Positions 48,880 to 58,673 are shown, counted from the first letter of the stretch. The stretch is DNA of 64,000 nt from Acidiferrobacterales bacterium (GCA_035300145.1 DATGVQ010000216.1:439-64438); one strand, 5' to 3'. Notes: generated from the letters alone by a model not told the origin. Numbers and translations: made by a program.

Positions 48880-48931
48880 TTTGAGATCTCCGTGTTGCTT
48901 ATCCGCGGAACGCGGACTTAATAGTTACATT

Positions 48932-50113
48932 CTAGCGCTTACACCATTGTAACGGATCGTAGGGCTCGCCATTATGCCTAATTTCGAAATAAAGGCCGGA
49001 CTCGCTAAACCCGCCGGTATTCCCGACGCCGGCAATGACCTGACCGGCCTCGACCCAATCCCCTACTTTGGAGTATAGGCTTTGATTATGGCCGTAAAGC
49101 GTCATATAACCATCACCATGCTCCAGTATCAACAGCAAGCCGAATCCGCGCAACCAATCGGCATAGGCGACCCGCCCGCGAAAAACCGCGCGCACCTCGC
49201 GGCCAGCGGGCGCCGCCATAAATACGCCTTTCCAGCGCAAATCGCCCTTATTCTTCGGGCTGCCATAAAAGGCGGTAATCTTGGCCTGTAACGGCAAAGG
49301 CAATTGGCCTTTGGCATCGCGAAAATAGGCGTTTGCCGGCAACACGAGCGGTGAAATCGGCGGGGTTCGCAAACCTTCTACCAGCCGCGCCAGCCGCTGT
49401 TCGTCCTGACGCAGCAGATTAATTTCTTGCGATTGATCGCGTACTTTGCGGCTTAGAGTGGCTAAAGTAATTTCGCGCGCGTCTAAGGCCTGTTCCAGCG
49501 CTGATTTCTTCCGCGACTGCTCGGTGCGTAAATTATGCAACTCCTGTGCGCGCAAATTGATCTGCTGCCCGATCTTAGTAAGCTCTGACATCGCCGATCT
49601 AGTACGTTCAATCTGCTGCGCGCGCGCCTGATTGAAATAACTATAATAAATTAAAACCCGGTTTAAACCGGCCGGATCTTCTTGGTTTAACAACATCTTG
49701 ACGTACTCCTGCCGCCCCATGGCATAAGCCGCGCGTACCTGGTATTGCATGCCCTTGATATGCGTTTGCAGTTGTGCGCGCTTTTCCTGTTTCTGCTTAC
49801 GCAAGGAAGTTAATTTCTTGGCCTCCACCTTAAGCTGCGCATCGATTTCTTTTAGGTTATGAAGGGAGACGCCGATTTTACGCTCGGTATCACGCAGCTC
49901 GTCCAGCAGGATGTCGCGCTGCCCACGGCTTTGCTCCAGCTCCTGTTGCAAGGCCTCTATGCGCGCACGCAACAGTCTGAGCTGCGCCTCGTCCCCGGCA
50001 TAAGCAGCAATCCCGGCGGTGAGGCTGAAGGCGACTCCCAGGGCAATACCTACACTCTTATACCGTCTCTGTTTGGTCCCAAACTGACTGGGTACTACTA
50101 GGCGGGCGTTCAA
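48932..50113 (-). CDS. envC: murein hydrolase activator EnvC (coiled coil + degenerate M23 LytM domain)
   Basis: 393 aa. A long coiled-coil N-terminal half is followed by a C-terminal LytM domain ([15 protein letters not shown]...GNTGG). It has an apparent TTG start overlapping the gpmI stop (TTGA). The gpmI-envC-protease synteny matches E. coli. Confidence 0.8.
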   Translation of the reverse strand: MNARLVVPSQFGTKQRRYKSVGIALGVAFSLTAGIAAYAGDEAQLRLLRARIEALQQELEQSRGQRDILLDELRDTERKIGVSLHNLKEIDAQLKVEAKKLTSLRKQKQEKRAQLQTHIKGMQYQVRAAYAMGRQEYVKMLLNQEDPAGLNRVLIYYSYFNQARAQQIERTRSAMSELTKIGQQINLRAQELHNLRTEQSRKKSALEQALDAREITLATLSRKVRDQSQEINLLRQDEQRLARLVEGLRTPPISPLVLPANAYFRDAKGQLPLPLQAKITAFYGSPKNKGDLRWKGVFMAAPAGREVRAVFRGRVAYADWLRGFGLLLILEHGDGYMTLYGHNQSLYSKVGDWVEAGQVIAGVGNTGGFSESGLYFEIRHNGEPYDPLQWCKR

Positions 50114-51660
50114 GCGTTAAGCGTAACCAACGATTTGCCGGTCATCTCCGCCGGCACGTTGAGGCCCATCAGGTAAAGCATGGTCGGCGCAATATCTTGC
50201 AACGAGCCGCTTGCGGCAATCTTAGCTGATCTGCCGACGTACAATAGTGGCACCGGATTAGTGGTATGCGCGGTATGGGGCTGGTTATTCTCCTCATCCC
50301 ACATTTGCTCCACATTACCGTGGTCGGCGGTAATTAAAAGCTCGCCGCCGGCCGCGCTTGCCGCCTCCCCTATCCGCTGCAAACAGCTATCCAACGCTTC
50401 GATCGCCTTGACCGCGGCGGCGAAATCGCCGGTGTGGCCCACCATATCGGGGTTGGCATAGTTACAAATGATCGCATCGTAGCTCCCGCTCTTAATCGCC
50501 TTGACGATCTCATCGGTGACTTGCGGCGCGCTCATTTCCGGCTTCAAATTATAAGTCGGTACATCCTTCGGGGAAGGAACCAGAATACGGTCTTCGCCGA
50601 CGAACGGCTTTTCCTCGCCGCCATTGAAGAAGAAGGTGACATGGGCGTATTTTTCGGTTTCGGCCACGCGCAACTGATGTTTGCCGAGATTGGCAAGATA
50701 GGCGCCGAGCACGTTGCGTAGAGGCTCGGGTGGAAACGCCACCGCCACCGGAAAATCGGGACGGTATTGCGTGAGGCTGACAAAACGCGCGATTTGCCGG
50801 ACGCGTTCGCGCTTAAATTCGTTAAACTCCTTCTCCACCAACGCCTGGGTAAGCTCGCGTGCGCGGTCGGCGCGAAAATTCATGAACACCACCACATCGC
50901 CGTCTTGGATAAAGGCCGGCTGCGCGCCTTCGGGCGCAATTACCGTCGCCTTTACGAACTCATCCGTCTCTCCGCGCGCATAAGCGCGCCTAAGCGCCTC
51001 GCTCGCGGATACGGCTTTGTAGTCGGCTTTGGCTTGCGTCAATAAATCATAAGCCGTCTTCACCCGCTCCCAGCGGTGGTCACGATCCATGGCATAGTAA
51101 CGGCCAATGACCGAGGCGATCCGCCCTTGCTTCAACCTGCGGAATTTCGCTTCCACCGCCGCGATCGAGCTGGCCGCGCTTTGCGGCGGGGTATCGCGCC
51201 CGTCTAACAAGGCGTGTAAATAAATCGCCGAGACGCCGTGCCGGTGCGCCAAATCGAGCATCGCGTAAATTTGCTCCTCGTGACTGTGCACCCCGCCGGG
51301 AGACAATAAGCCCAAGACATGCACTGCCTTGCGATTGGCGGCCGCCACCTCCACCGCCTCGGTCAGCGCCTGGTTTTGGAAAAATTCGCCGGTGCTGATC
51401 GCGCGGTTAATACGCGTGTATTCCTGATACACTACCCGCCCGGCGCCGATATTAAGATGGCCTACCTCGGAGTTTCCCATTTGCTTGGCGGGCAAGCCGA
51501 CCGCGGCCTCCGAAGCATAGATAAGAGTATGGGCGTACTGCCGCCACCAGCGATTCCAGGTAGGCGCTTTGGCGCTGGCGATCGCATTGTTTTGCGGGTT
51601 TTCGCGATAACCCCAGCCATCCATAATGATGAGAACCAGGGGTTTGGGAATTACCGGCAT
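50110..51660 (-). CDS. gpmI: 2,3-bisphosphoglycerate-independent phosphoglycerate mutase
   Basis: 516 aa. Contains [21 protein letters not shown] and ADHGN. Confidence 0.95.
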   Translation of the reverse strand: MPVIPKPLVLIIMDGWGYRENPQNNAIASAKAPTWNRWWRQYAHTLIYASEAAVGLPAKQMGNSEVGHLNIGAGRVVYQEYTRINRAISTGEFFQNQALTEAVEVAAANRKAVHVLGLLSPGGVHSHEEQIYAMLDLAHRHGVSAIYLHALLDGRDTPPQSAASSIAAVEAKFRRLKQGRIASVIGRYYAMDRDHRWERVKTAYDLLTQAKADYKAVSASEALRRAYARGETDEFVKATVIAPEGAQPAFIQDGDVVVFMNFRADRARELTQALVEKEFNEFKRERVRQIARFVSLTQYRPDFPVAVAFPPEPLRNVLGAYLANLGKHQLRVAETEKYAHVTFFFNGGEEKPFVGEDRILVPSPKDVPTYNLKPEMSAPQVTDEIVKAIKSGSYDAIICNYANPDMVGHTGDFAAAVKAIEALDSCLQRIGEAASAAGGELLITADHGNVEQMWDEENNQPHTAHTTNPVPLLYVGRSAKIAASGSLQDIAPTMLYLMGLNVPAEMTGKSLVTLNA

Positions 51661-51786
51661 GGGGATAGGCTTTTAGTCTTTATCAAAAAAGTATTATTGT
51701 ATAATGTTCGGTATACAAACGCAGCATTTAATCCGGAAAACAGACGCTCAGGACCCCGTTTGCAACGAGTTGAGACTACTCCGTCG

Positions 51787-52221
51787 ATGAATTCGAATTC
51801 AATTACGCATTTCGTGCTTAATAACTGGTATTTATTTCTGGCGCTGGTCGTTATCGTGTACCTGCTGCTTGCCGAACCTGTGCGCCGGCTCATGTACGGC
51901 ATACAAAGTATCCCGCCCAGCCAGGCGGTGCAATTAATCAATCACCACGCGGCGGTGATCGTGGACGTGCGCGACCCAAAAGAATTCCAATCCGGACATA
52001 TCCGCAAGGCGCTCAATTTCCCCCTGAGTGATTTATCAAAACAGGCATCCGAATTAGAGAAATTTAAAGATAAATCGATTGTGCTTTACTGCGGTACCGG
52101 CCAGCGTTCCGCGCAGGCGGCGACCTTTTTGCGCAGGCAAGGGTTTGGTTCGGTACATAATTTAGCCGGCGGCATCAGCCGCTGGCGCACTGAGAATCTG
52201 CCTGTCACTTTGGAGACGTAA
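51787..52221 (+). CDS. yibN: membrane-anchored rhodanese-domain protein (YibN-like)
   Basis: The track ORF (51319) runs antisense through gpmI, so I trimmed it to ATG 51787 (MNSNSITHF...). It has one TM helix and a rhodanese domain with active-site loop CGTGQRS. Position before grxC-secB-gpsA matches E. coli. Confidence 0.75.
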   Translation: MNSNSITHFVLNNWYLFLALVVIVYLLLAEPVRRLMYGIQSIPPSQAVQLINHHAAVIVDVRDPKEFQSGHIRKALNFPLSDLSKQASELEKFKDKSIVLYCGTGQRSAQAATFLRRQGFGSVHNLAGGISRWRTENLPVTLET

Positions 52222-52222
52222 T

Positions 52223-52489
52223 TTGCCGAAAGTCCGCATGTATTGCACGCACATTTGCTCCTATTGTCGGATGGCTATGCGCTTGCTGGAAAAGAAGGGA
52301 ATCGAGTTTGAAAAAATCTATGTCGACAATCTGCCCGAACGGCGCGCGGAAATGGTCAAGCTCAGCGGCAGAATCACGGTGCCGCAAATCTTCATCGGCG
52401 ACACCCATGTCGGCGGTTATCATGAGCTGGCGAGGCTTGATCTTGCCGGCGGGTTGGACGGTCTGGCGCAGCCGGCCCAATCCTCCTGA
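52223..52489 (+). CDS. grxC: glutaredoxin 3
   Basis: 88 aa with an apparent TTG start. The active site is CSYC (a CPYC variant), with TVPQIFIGDTHVGGY. Confidence 0.85.
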   Translation: MPKVRMYCTHICSYCRMAMRLLEKKGIEFEKIYVDNLPERRAEMVKLSGRITVPQIFIGDTHVGGYHELARLDLAGGLDGLAQPAQSS

Positions 52490-52521
52490 TCTTATCCGTC
52501 TAAAATTGAGCATAAATCAAT

Positions 52522-52980
52522 ATGAATGAGAAAAACCAAGAACGGGAGGTCGTATTCAACCTGGAAAAAATTTATCTTAAGGATGTTTCTTATGAGGCGC
52601 CGCATGTCCCCGCCATATTCACCGAAAAAGACACTCCGGAAGTGGGCGTACAGTTGGGGATAGAGCATGGCAAGCTCGACCAAGGATTGTTCGAGGTCAT
52701 ATTGTCGGTGACGGTGACGGCAAAGCTGCAGGATAAAGTCGTGTTCTTAACTGAAGCCAAACAGGCCGGACTGTTCCGCATTAACGGCGTGCCCGACACA
52801 GAACTGAGCAAGGTATTGGAAATCGCTTGCCCGAATATTTTATTGCCGTTCACGCGCGAGGCGGTCAACGACTTGGTGCAAAAAGGCGGTTTTCCGCAAT
52901 TATTAATCAATCCGATTAATTTTGAGGCGCTGTATCAGCGGAAGCAGGCGGCACAGGCAAAACCCCCGGCGGCGCACTGA
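52522..52980 (+). CDS. secB: protein-export chaperone SecB
   Basis: 152 aa. FNLEKIYLKDVSYEAP ... ACPNILLPFTREAVNDLVQKGGFPQL is typical of SecB. Confidence 0.95.
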   Translation: MNEKNQEREVVFNLEKIYLKDVSYEAPHVPAIFTEKDTPEVGVQLGIEHGKLDQGLFEVILSVTVTAKLQDKVVFLTEAKQAGLFRINGVPDTELSKVLEIACPNILLPFTREAVNDLVQKGGFPQLLINPINFEALYQRKQAAQAKPPAAH

Positions 52981-53019
52981 GCGCAGTTTGCGCCCGCAGC
53001 GGGGGTTTGGGCAAAAGTA

Positions 53020-54030
53020 ATGACCATTGCCAAAAAAAAGAATATCGCCGTCCTTGGCGCCGGTTCCTGGGGCACGACATTGGCGGTCTTATTAGCCGGC
53101 AATGGTTATCGCGCCTTATTGTGGGGGCATGACCCCGCGCAGATGGCGCGCATGGCGCAGGAGCGGAGTAATGCTATTTATCTGCCCGAGGTCCCGTTTC
53201 CTGCCAATTTAATTATTCAGCAAGATCTGCCGCTACTCGCTAATGAGACGGATTATTTTTTGATCGCGGTTCCAAGCCATGCGTTTCGTTCAACTCTGCA
53301 AATCATCAAACCCTATTTATCCGCCGATACCCTGCTGGCTTGGGCGACCAAAGGTGTTGAGCCCGGCAGCGCGAAACTGTTAAGCAGCGTCGCGCGGGAA
53401 GTGCTGGGCGAGGCGGTGCCGGCCGGTGTGATATCGGGCCCCAGTTTCGCACGCGAAGTGGCCTTGGGCCTGCCGACGGCATTGGTGGTGGCCGCGCGCG
53501 ACGCTACAACTTCAGAGATCGTCGCCCAATGGCTGCGCAATGAACGTATGCGGGTGTACACCAGCTACGATGTCACCGGGGTCGAAGTCGGTGGCGCGGT
53601 TAAAAATGTCATGGCCATCGCCGCCGGCATCAGCGACGGCCTCGGCTTCGGCGCCAACGCGCGCGCGGCGTTGATCACACGCGGATTGGCGGAGATCACC
53701 CGCTTAGGTGTTGCGCTCGGAGGCTTAGCAGAAACTTTTATGGGACTCACGGGCGCCGGCGATCTGGTGCTGACCTGTACGGATAATCTATCGCGCAACC
53801 GGCAAGTTGGGTTGGCGCTTGGCAAGGGGCACAAATTGCCGGACGTATTATCCGGGCTTGGCCAGGTGGCGGAAGGGGTTGCCAGCGCCCCGGCGGTGCG
53901 GATATTGGCCAAGCGCATGCAAGTGGAAATGCCGATCACCGAACAAGTATGCCGGGTGTTGTTCGAAAATCTCTCGCCGCAGGCGGCGGTGGAGGCTTTG
54001 CTGCGGCGTGAACCGCGCAAGGAAGAATAG
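53020..54030 (+). CDS. gpsA: NAD(P)H-dependent glycerol-3-phosphate dehydrogenase
   Basis: 336 aa. Contains IAVLGAGSWGTTLA, GPSFAREV and NLSRNRQVG. Confidence 0.95.
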   Translation: MTIAKKKNIAVLGAGSWGTTLAVLLAGNGYRALLWGHDPAQMARMAQERSNAIYLPEVPFPANLIIQQDLPLLANETDYFLIAVPSHAFRSTLQIIKPYLSADTLLAWATKGVEPGSAKLLSSVAREVLGEAVPAGVISGPSFAREVALGLPTALVVAARDATTSEIVAQWLRNERMRVYTSYDVTGVEVGGAVKNVMAIAAGISDGLGFGANARAALITRGLAEITRLGVALGGLAETFMGLTGAGDLVLTCTDNLSRNRQVGLALGKGHKLPDVLSGLGQVAEGVASAPAVRILAKRMQVEMPITEQVCRVLFENLSPQAAVEALLRREPRKEE

Positions 54031-54169
54031 GGCGTTACCGGTAGGCCCGAAACTGGCCTCACTACACCTTGAATGCGCACGCGCGCGTTCGCATAGCGCA
54101 AGGGGGATAACGCGCGGTTTGCTGTGGCCATAACGCCATAGCGACGGCGGCCTCAGGCCCCGAAGCGAA

Positions 54170-54199
54170 CTGAAAAACGCCGGGGAAGAACTTTTTCAG
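54170..54199. repeat. CTGAAAAA...TTTTTCAG hairpin repeat
   Basis: CTGAAAAA-cgccggggaagaac-TTTTTCAG, lying inside a hairpin-rich gpsA-downstream spacer (54040-54215). Confidence 0.45.
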
Positions 54200-54270
54200 C
54201 ATTCTGCTAGGCAAAGCAAACACGGAATTGCTAGTATTTCTAGTACACGCTAAAACTCTGGAACGCCAGC

Positions 54271-55335
54271 ATGACCAAAATTCAAAATGCGGTTGATAAA
54301 GCCGTCCTCCAAACCCTGGAACCCATCGCCTCGCTGAGTAAAGAACGCGTCGAGGAGTTGGCGGCCTTGTGTTTTGTGGAAAAGGTTCCGGCCGGAATAG
54401 CTCTGTTTCACGCAGGCGATACCGACAACCAGACGGTTTATCTTTTAAACGGCGAAGTCGCCCTCAGTTCAGACAAAGAAAATAAAAAACTTTCGCTGCA
54501 CGGCGGCAGCGAAGATGCCAAGTACGCCGTTGCCGACAAACAGCCGCGGCAGCTTTCCGCCCTGGCCGAGACCAACATCGACGTTTTACGCATCGACAAT
54601 GACTTGCTCGATATCATGCTCACGTGGGATCAGCTTACGCAATACGAAGCCGATGTCGAGGCGCATTCCGATAGAAAAACCGACGATAAAAAAGAAGATT
54701 GGATGGACGCGATGGGGAAAACTTCCGCGTTCAAAAACTTGCCGCCCGCCAATATCGAGAAGTTGCTGGCACGTATGGAGAAGATGCCGGTTGAAAAGGC
54801 ACAGGTCATCATCCGCCAGGGCGATGACGGGGATTATTATTATTTAATCGAAAGCGGCAAGGCGGCGGTTACGCGGCAAATCGAGACCGGGGATAGCAAG
54901 GAGCTGGCGCAGCTCGGCCCCGGCGCCTGCTTTGGCGAAGAGGCGTTGGTTTCCGACGCCAAGCGCAATGCTACCGTCACCATGATTGGCGACGGCATAT
55001 TATTGCGCTTGGCAAAAAAGGATTTTGTGGAGTTATTGCGCGAGCCCTTGCTTAATTGGGTGATGCAGCCAGAGGCCGTGGCCAAAGTCAAATCCGGCAA
55101 GGCCAAATGGTTGGATGTACGCCATGCCAAAGAGTATCAACATGCGCGTGTGCCGGGCGCGTTATTGTGCCCGCTGCATGAGTTGCGTAATCGCGCCGGT
55201 GGTTTGGACCAGAATCTCGAATATATCTGCTACTGCAAAACCGGGCGGCGCAGCTCGGCTGCCGCGTTCCTGCTTAGCCAGCGCGGTTTTAAGGCGTTTG
55301 TGTTAAAAGGGGGCTTACAAACTTTACCTGATTAA
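54271..55335 (+). CDS. protein with two cyclic-nucleotide-binding domains and a C-terminal rhodanese domain
   Basis: 354 aa. The second cNMP domain has FGEEALVSDAKRNATV. The rhodanese domain carries a catalytic-type loop, CYCKTGRRS. Confidence 0.7.
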   Translation: MTKIQNAVDKAVLQTLEPIASLSKERVEELAALCFVEKVPAGIALFHAGDTDNQTVYLLNGEVALSSDKENKKLSLHGGSEDAKYAVADKQPRQLSALAETNIDVLRIDNDLLDIMLTWDQLTQYEADVEAHSDRKTDDKKEDWMDAMGKTSAFKNLPPANIEKLLARMEKMPVEKAQVIIRQGDDGDYYYLIESGKAAVTRQIETGDSKELAQLGPGACFGEEALVSDAKRNATVTMIGDGILLRLAKKDFVELLREPLLNWVMQPEAVAKVKSGKAKWLDVRHAKEYQHARVPGALLCPLHELRNRAGGLDQNLEYICYCKTGRRSSAAAFLLSQRGFKAFVLKGGLQTLPD

Positions 55336-55353
55336 AGTAGCGCACAGTTATTG

Positions 55354-55542
55354 ATGATAGAATGGCAAATCATAACCTGCCCTTACTGTGGCGAGGCATT
55401 TGAAACCAGCGTGGACACTTCCGGCGGCAGCCAGCAATATATCGAAGATTGCCAGGTCTGTTGCCGGCCAATCGTATTTCAGATCGAGGTTGACCATGAA
55501 GGCGGCCTTTCCGGTATTCGCCTGCGGCGCGACGATGACTGA
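55354..55542 (+). CDS. CPXCG-motif zinc-ribbon protein
   Basis: 62 aa with CPYCGE...CQVCCRP. Confidence 0.55.
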   Translation: MIEWQIITCPYCGEAFETSVDTSGGSQQYIEDCQVCCRPIVFQIEVDHEGGLSGIRLRRDDD

Positions 55543-55768
55543 CTATAAACCTATTCCCTGCACTGAGTATGACGTCTACGAAATCGCGATTATGCACGGC
55601 TGCAAGCTGCGCCTTACCTGGCGCGAAGCGAATGTAATTTATTGGCAAATAGTTAAGCCCCTGGATCTAGAAACGCGCAATGGCGAAGAATTTCTTATCT
55701 TTCGCGCCATGGGTGGAAAAACCTTCAGCACCCGCTTAGACCATATCCGTAAAATAGAACCAGCCTGA
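55535..55768 (+). CDS. rof: Rho-binding antiterminator Rof (YaeO-like)
   Basis: 77 aa starting at ATG 55535, which overlaps the previous stop (GATGACTGA). MTDYKPIPCTEYDVYEIAIMHGCKLRLTW...TRLDHIRKIEP parallels E. coli Rof (YQPINCDDYDNLELAC...LRLDKITSF). The track ORF (55388) is over-extended. Confidence 0.65.
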   Translation: MTDYKPIPCTEYDVYEIAIMHGCKLRLTWREANVIYWQIVKPLDLETRNGEEFLIFRAMGGKTFSTRLDHIRKIEPA

Positions 55769-55770
55769 AC

Positions 55771-56046
55771 TTAGGGAAGCTCTGAAAAAATCATCCCTGA
55801 CATTTTTCAGAGACGAAAAACGAAAAGTGGCCGCTCTTGCGCATCCTTGCGCTCGCGGCATTCATGCATCCATGCACAGCATGATTTTCGTTTTTCTTCA
55901 TTTTTCAATTACTTATGTAATTGAAAAATCTGTCGGGAACAGATTTTCGCGTCAGCCCCGCAGGGGTGAGGCGCAGGGAGGCGCCGAGCAAAAATGGCGG
56001 CACATTCCTGTGCCGCAGGAACCTCTGACTTAATCAGAGGTTCCTT
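55771..56046. repeat. ~276-bp multi-hairpin element with imperfect terminal inverted repeats (MITE/BIME-like)
   Basis: Termini are TTAGGGAAGCTCTGA ... TCAGAGGTTCCTTAG. At least seven consecutive hairpins are present, including 55780-55812 (10 bp), 55815/55885 (12 bp), 55901-55928 (12 bp), 55925-55947 (9 bp), 55997-56016 (8 bp) and 56017-56045 (12 bp). Confidence 0.55.
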
Positions 56047-56131
56047 AGCCTTCCCGGAGCCATTTACTGGGAAATCCGTTTCTCTAGCCTATACTCAATA
56101 CACGCACTGGCAAATTTTCTGAGGGGGTATC

Positions 56132-56707
56132 ATGGCTATCGGCAGTTTTATTGTCTGGGGCGGCATTGCCGTCGCCGTCCTTTATTTCATTATGATCTAC
56201 AACAACCTGGTGCGCCTGAAGAACAACGTGTCACAGGCCTGGTCGAACATCGACGTACTGCTAAAACAACGGCACGACGAACTGCCGAAGCTCATTGAAA
56301 CCTGCAAACAATACATGGGCTATGAAAAAGACGTGCTGCAAAAAGTCACACAGGCGCGCGCGGCGGTGGCACAGGCGCGTGAGACAGGCAATGTCCGGGC
56401 GCTTGGCCCCGCCGAAACGCAGCTACGCACGACCATAGGCAATCTCTACGCGGTGGCGGAAAATTACCCTGAACTGCGCGCGAACGAAAGCTTTCAGAAC
56501 TTGCAAAGCCGCATCTCGCAGCTCGAGGCGCAAATCGCCGACCGGCGCGAGTTTTATAACGACAGCGTGAACACCAATAATATCCGTATCGAGCAGTTTC
56601 CCGATACCATGATCGCGCGCATGCTGAATTTTGGCGCGCGCGAATTGCTTAAGTTCGACAAGGCCGAGCTCCAGGACGTCAACGTCAAGGCGCTGTTCAA
56701 TAGTTAA
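56132..56707 (+). CDS. lemA: LemA family protein
   Basis: 191 aa. An N-terminal TM helix is followed by YNNLVRLKNNVSQAWSNIDVLLKQRHDELPKL and ENYPELRANESFQNLQ, which are typical of LemA. Confidence 0.9.
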   Translation: MAIGSFIVWGGIAVAVLYFIMIYNNLVRLKNNVSQAWSNIDVLLKQRHDELPKLIETCKQYMGYEKDVLQKVTQARAAVAQARETGNVRALGPAETQLRTTIGNLYAVAENYPELRANESFQNLQSRISQLEAQIADRREFYNDSVNTNNIRIEQFPDTMIARMLNFGARELLKFDKAELQDVNVKALFNS

Positions 56708-56709
56708 CG

Positions 56710-57699
56710 ATGGCACAACCCGGTGCTTTCCATGCGCGGCTGATAGAATTTAGCCAATCGGTCCACAGCGCCGACCCGCTTGCCATCACCGGCGTGATCG
56801 CCGTGTTGGCGCTGGTCGCTGTGGTAGCGGCCTGGCGCGCACAGCGCAGCTTAAAAGAGGCCCGCCTGATTGAAGACACGCCTACCTCCAAGGCACGCTC
56901 CGCCGCGCAAGGCTATGTGGCGCTCGAAGGCGTCGGCAAGCAAATGGACGGCCCGCCGATCATTGCCCCGTTGTCGGGCACTTCTTGTGTTTGGTACCGC
57001 TATCTGATTGAAGAGCAGGTTACCACTTATAATAAGGGCCGGAACGAAACCCGTTGGGCGACGGTAGATAAAGGCGAAAGCACGGAAGTTTTTTGGCTGG
57101 AAGATGAAACCGGCCGGATTGCCGTTGATCCCGAAGGTGCCGAGGTCACGCCGAAACATAAAGAAGTTTGGCGTTCGCGCTCCGGCGCCTCGAGCTATTC
57201 CACTCTGCCCGGCTTTATCGCCAACTTTGTGTCTTCCAGCGCCAGCTCGAACCCGCATCGCTTTACCGAAGAACTTATACATAAAGGAGAAAGGATTTAT
57301 GCGCTCGGGCTGCTCAAAAATGTCGGCAGCCATATTAATGCCCCGCTGCACGAGGAGATAGGCTTTTTATTAAACCAGTGGAAACAGGATCAAGCGGCGC
57401 TCAAGCGGCGCTTCGATCTTAATCAAGACGGCGAAATTGATGAAAAAGAATGGATGCTGGCGCGCGCCGAGGCGTACCGTGAGGTGACTAAAACGCAGCG
57501 GGAAGAACAGCAGCAATCCGTCGAGCCGATTAATCTGCTGGGGCCAACCCATGACCCGGGGCGCCCCTATTTACTATCGGCATTTCCCGAAGAGGGCTTG
57601 ATTAAACACTACCGGCGCTATGCAGTGCTATACCTTGCGCTGTTTTTTACCGTAGGCAGCGCGGCTATATGGTTTTTTAATACTCGCTTCGGCGGCTGA
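56710..57699 (+). CDS. membrane protein with GIDE-like (E3-ligase-associated) domain and one EF-hand calcium-binding loop
   Basis: 329 aa starting 2 nt after the lemA stop, with N- and C-terminal TM helices. AAQGYVALEGVGKQ...APLSGTSCVWYRY...FWLEDETGRIAVDPEGAEV resembles bacterial GIDE-domain proteins. A canonical EF-hand loop, DLNQDGEIDEKE, lies at 57415-57450. Confidence 0.55.
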   Translation: MAQPGAFHARLIEFSQSVHSADPLAITGVIAVLALVAVVAAWRAQRSLKEARLIEDTPTSKARSAAQGYVALEGVGKQMDGPPIIAPLSGTSCVWYRYLIEEQVTTYNKGRNETRWATVDKGESTEVFWLEDETGRIAVDPEGAEVTPKHKEVWRSRSGASSYSTLPGFIANFVSSSASSNPHRFTEELIHKGERIYALGLLKNVGSHINAPLHEEIGFLLNQWKQDQAALKRRFDLNQDGEIDEKEWMLARAEAYREVTKTQREEQQQSVEPINLLGPTHDPGRPYLLSAFPEEGLIKHYRRYAVLYLALFFTVGSAAIWFFNTRFGG

Positions 57700-57985
57700 G
57701 GAACTATTAAGATACTGAAAAAGTCCGTCCAGGACTTTTTGCGTCCTTAGCTCCGTATGCGGTACATCCCTGTACCACTTCTCAGTCACGTAAAGCAAAA
57801 AGTGTGATTTTTGACTCGCGCCTTCCTGGCGCTCGCCCTACGGGCGTGCTGCGCACGCCAAATTTCGCTCCCGGCGAAATTTTGCTTTGCTCCATTTCTC
57901 AAACACTCACGTGTTTGAGAAATGATGCGGCACATCCTTATGGCGCCTAACAGGCTGCTGAAAACAAGTTTTTCAGCAGCCTGTT
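57694..57985. repeat. ~290-bp multi-hairpin element (MITE/BIME-like), ending in a 16-bp stem terminator-like hairpin
   Basis: It starts with CTGAGGAACTATTAAG, a degenerate copy of CTAAGGAACCTCTGATTAAG. About ten consecutive hairpins follow, including 57718-57740, 57843-57859, 57860-57882, 57894-57923 (13 bp) and 57949-57985 (AACAGGCTGCTGAAAA/TTTTCAGCAGCCTGTT followed by ATTTTT). Confidence 0.55.
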
Positions 57986-58673
57986 ATTTTTCAGCCCGGA
58001 AAATCAAATCGTAGACGGCATGGCCCAGCCTGCGCCCGCGGCGTTCAAACTTAGTTAAAAGCCGGTAATCCGGCCGCGGTGCGTACCGGCCCGGCCCGGC
58101 GGTATTCTCGAACCCTTCCGCTTGCGACAACACTTGCAGTATATGGCGGGCGTAATCCTCCCAGTCGGTCGCGATATGAAAGCAGCCACCCGGTTTCAAC
58201 TTTTGCCGCAGCAGCCGGGCAAAGTCGGCCTGCACTAAACGGCGTTTATGATGACGCGTTTTAGGCCATGGATCGGGAAAGAACAGATACACGGCGTCGA
58301 CGGACGCGTCCGGGATACGCTCCTGCAAAACCGGCTTGGCGTCATCGCAGATCAGGCGCACGTTGGGCAGCCTTTGCCGTTCTAACCGCTGCAGCAAATT
58401 CCCGATGCCCGGCCGGTGAACTTCGATGCCGAGATAATTATTTTGCGGGAAAGCGGCCGCCATCGCGCTCAATGCCTCACCGTTGCCAAAACCGATTTCC
58501 AGCATTACCGGCGCAGGGCGGCCAAACGCGGCGGCAAAATCAATGGGGGAAACAGTCTCAATGCCGTAATGCGGCCATAATTCCATAAGCGCGCGCCGCT
58601 GCGCTTTGGTCATGCGGCCTTCGCGCCGCACGAAACTACGGATGGTTCGAAGATTTAAACTGGTTTCGATCAT
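57984..58673 (-). CDS. trmB: tRNA (guanine46-N7)-methyltransferase
   Basis: IRSFVRREGRMTKAQ and LEIGFGNGE are present. I chose ATG 58673; the track ORF opens at TTG 58694. Confidence 0.9.
   Translation of the reverse strand: MIETSLNLRTIRSFVRREGRMTKAQRRALMELWPHYGIETVSPIDFAAAFGRPAPVMLEIGFGNGEALSAMAAAFPQNNYLGIEVHRPGIGNLLQRLERQRLPNVRLICDDAKPVLQERIPDASVDAVYLFFPDPWPKTRHHKRRLVQADFARLLRQKLKPGGCFHIATDWEDYARHILQVLSQAEGFENTAGPGRYAPRPDYRLLTKFERRGRRLGHAVYDLIFRAEK

Noticed and set aside
51319-51786. N-terminal 156 codons of the 300-aa track ORF 51319-52221
   Set aside because: This part runs antisense through the 5' end of gpmI. The YibN-like homology and TM anchor begin at ATG 51787.
54040-57985. Idea that the hairpin arrays are integron attC sites or a CRISPR array
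   Set aside because: There is no intI or cas gene. The stems all differ rather than being one repeated unit with unique spacers. The flanked genes have their own promoter-sized spacers and normal sizes.
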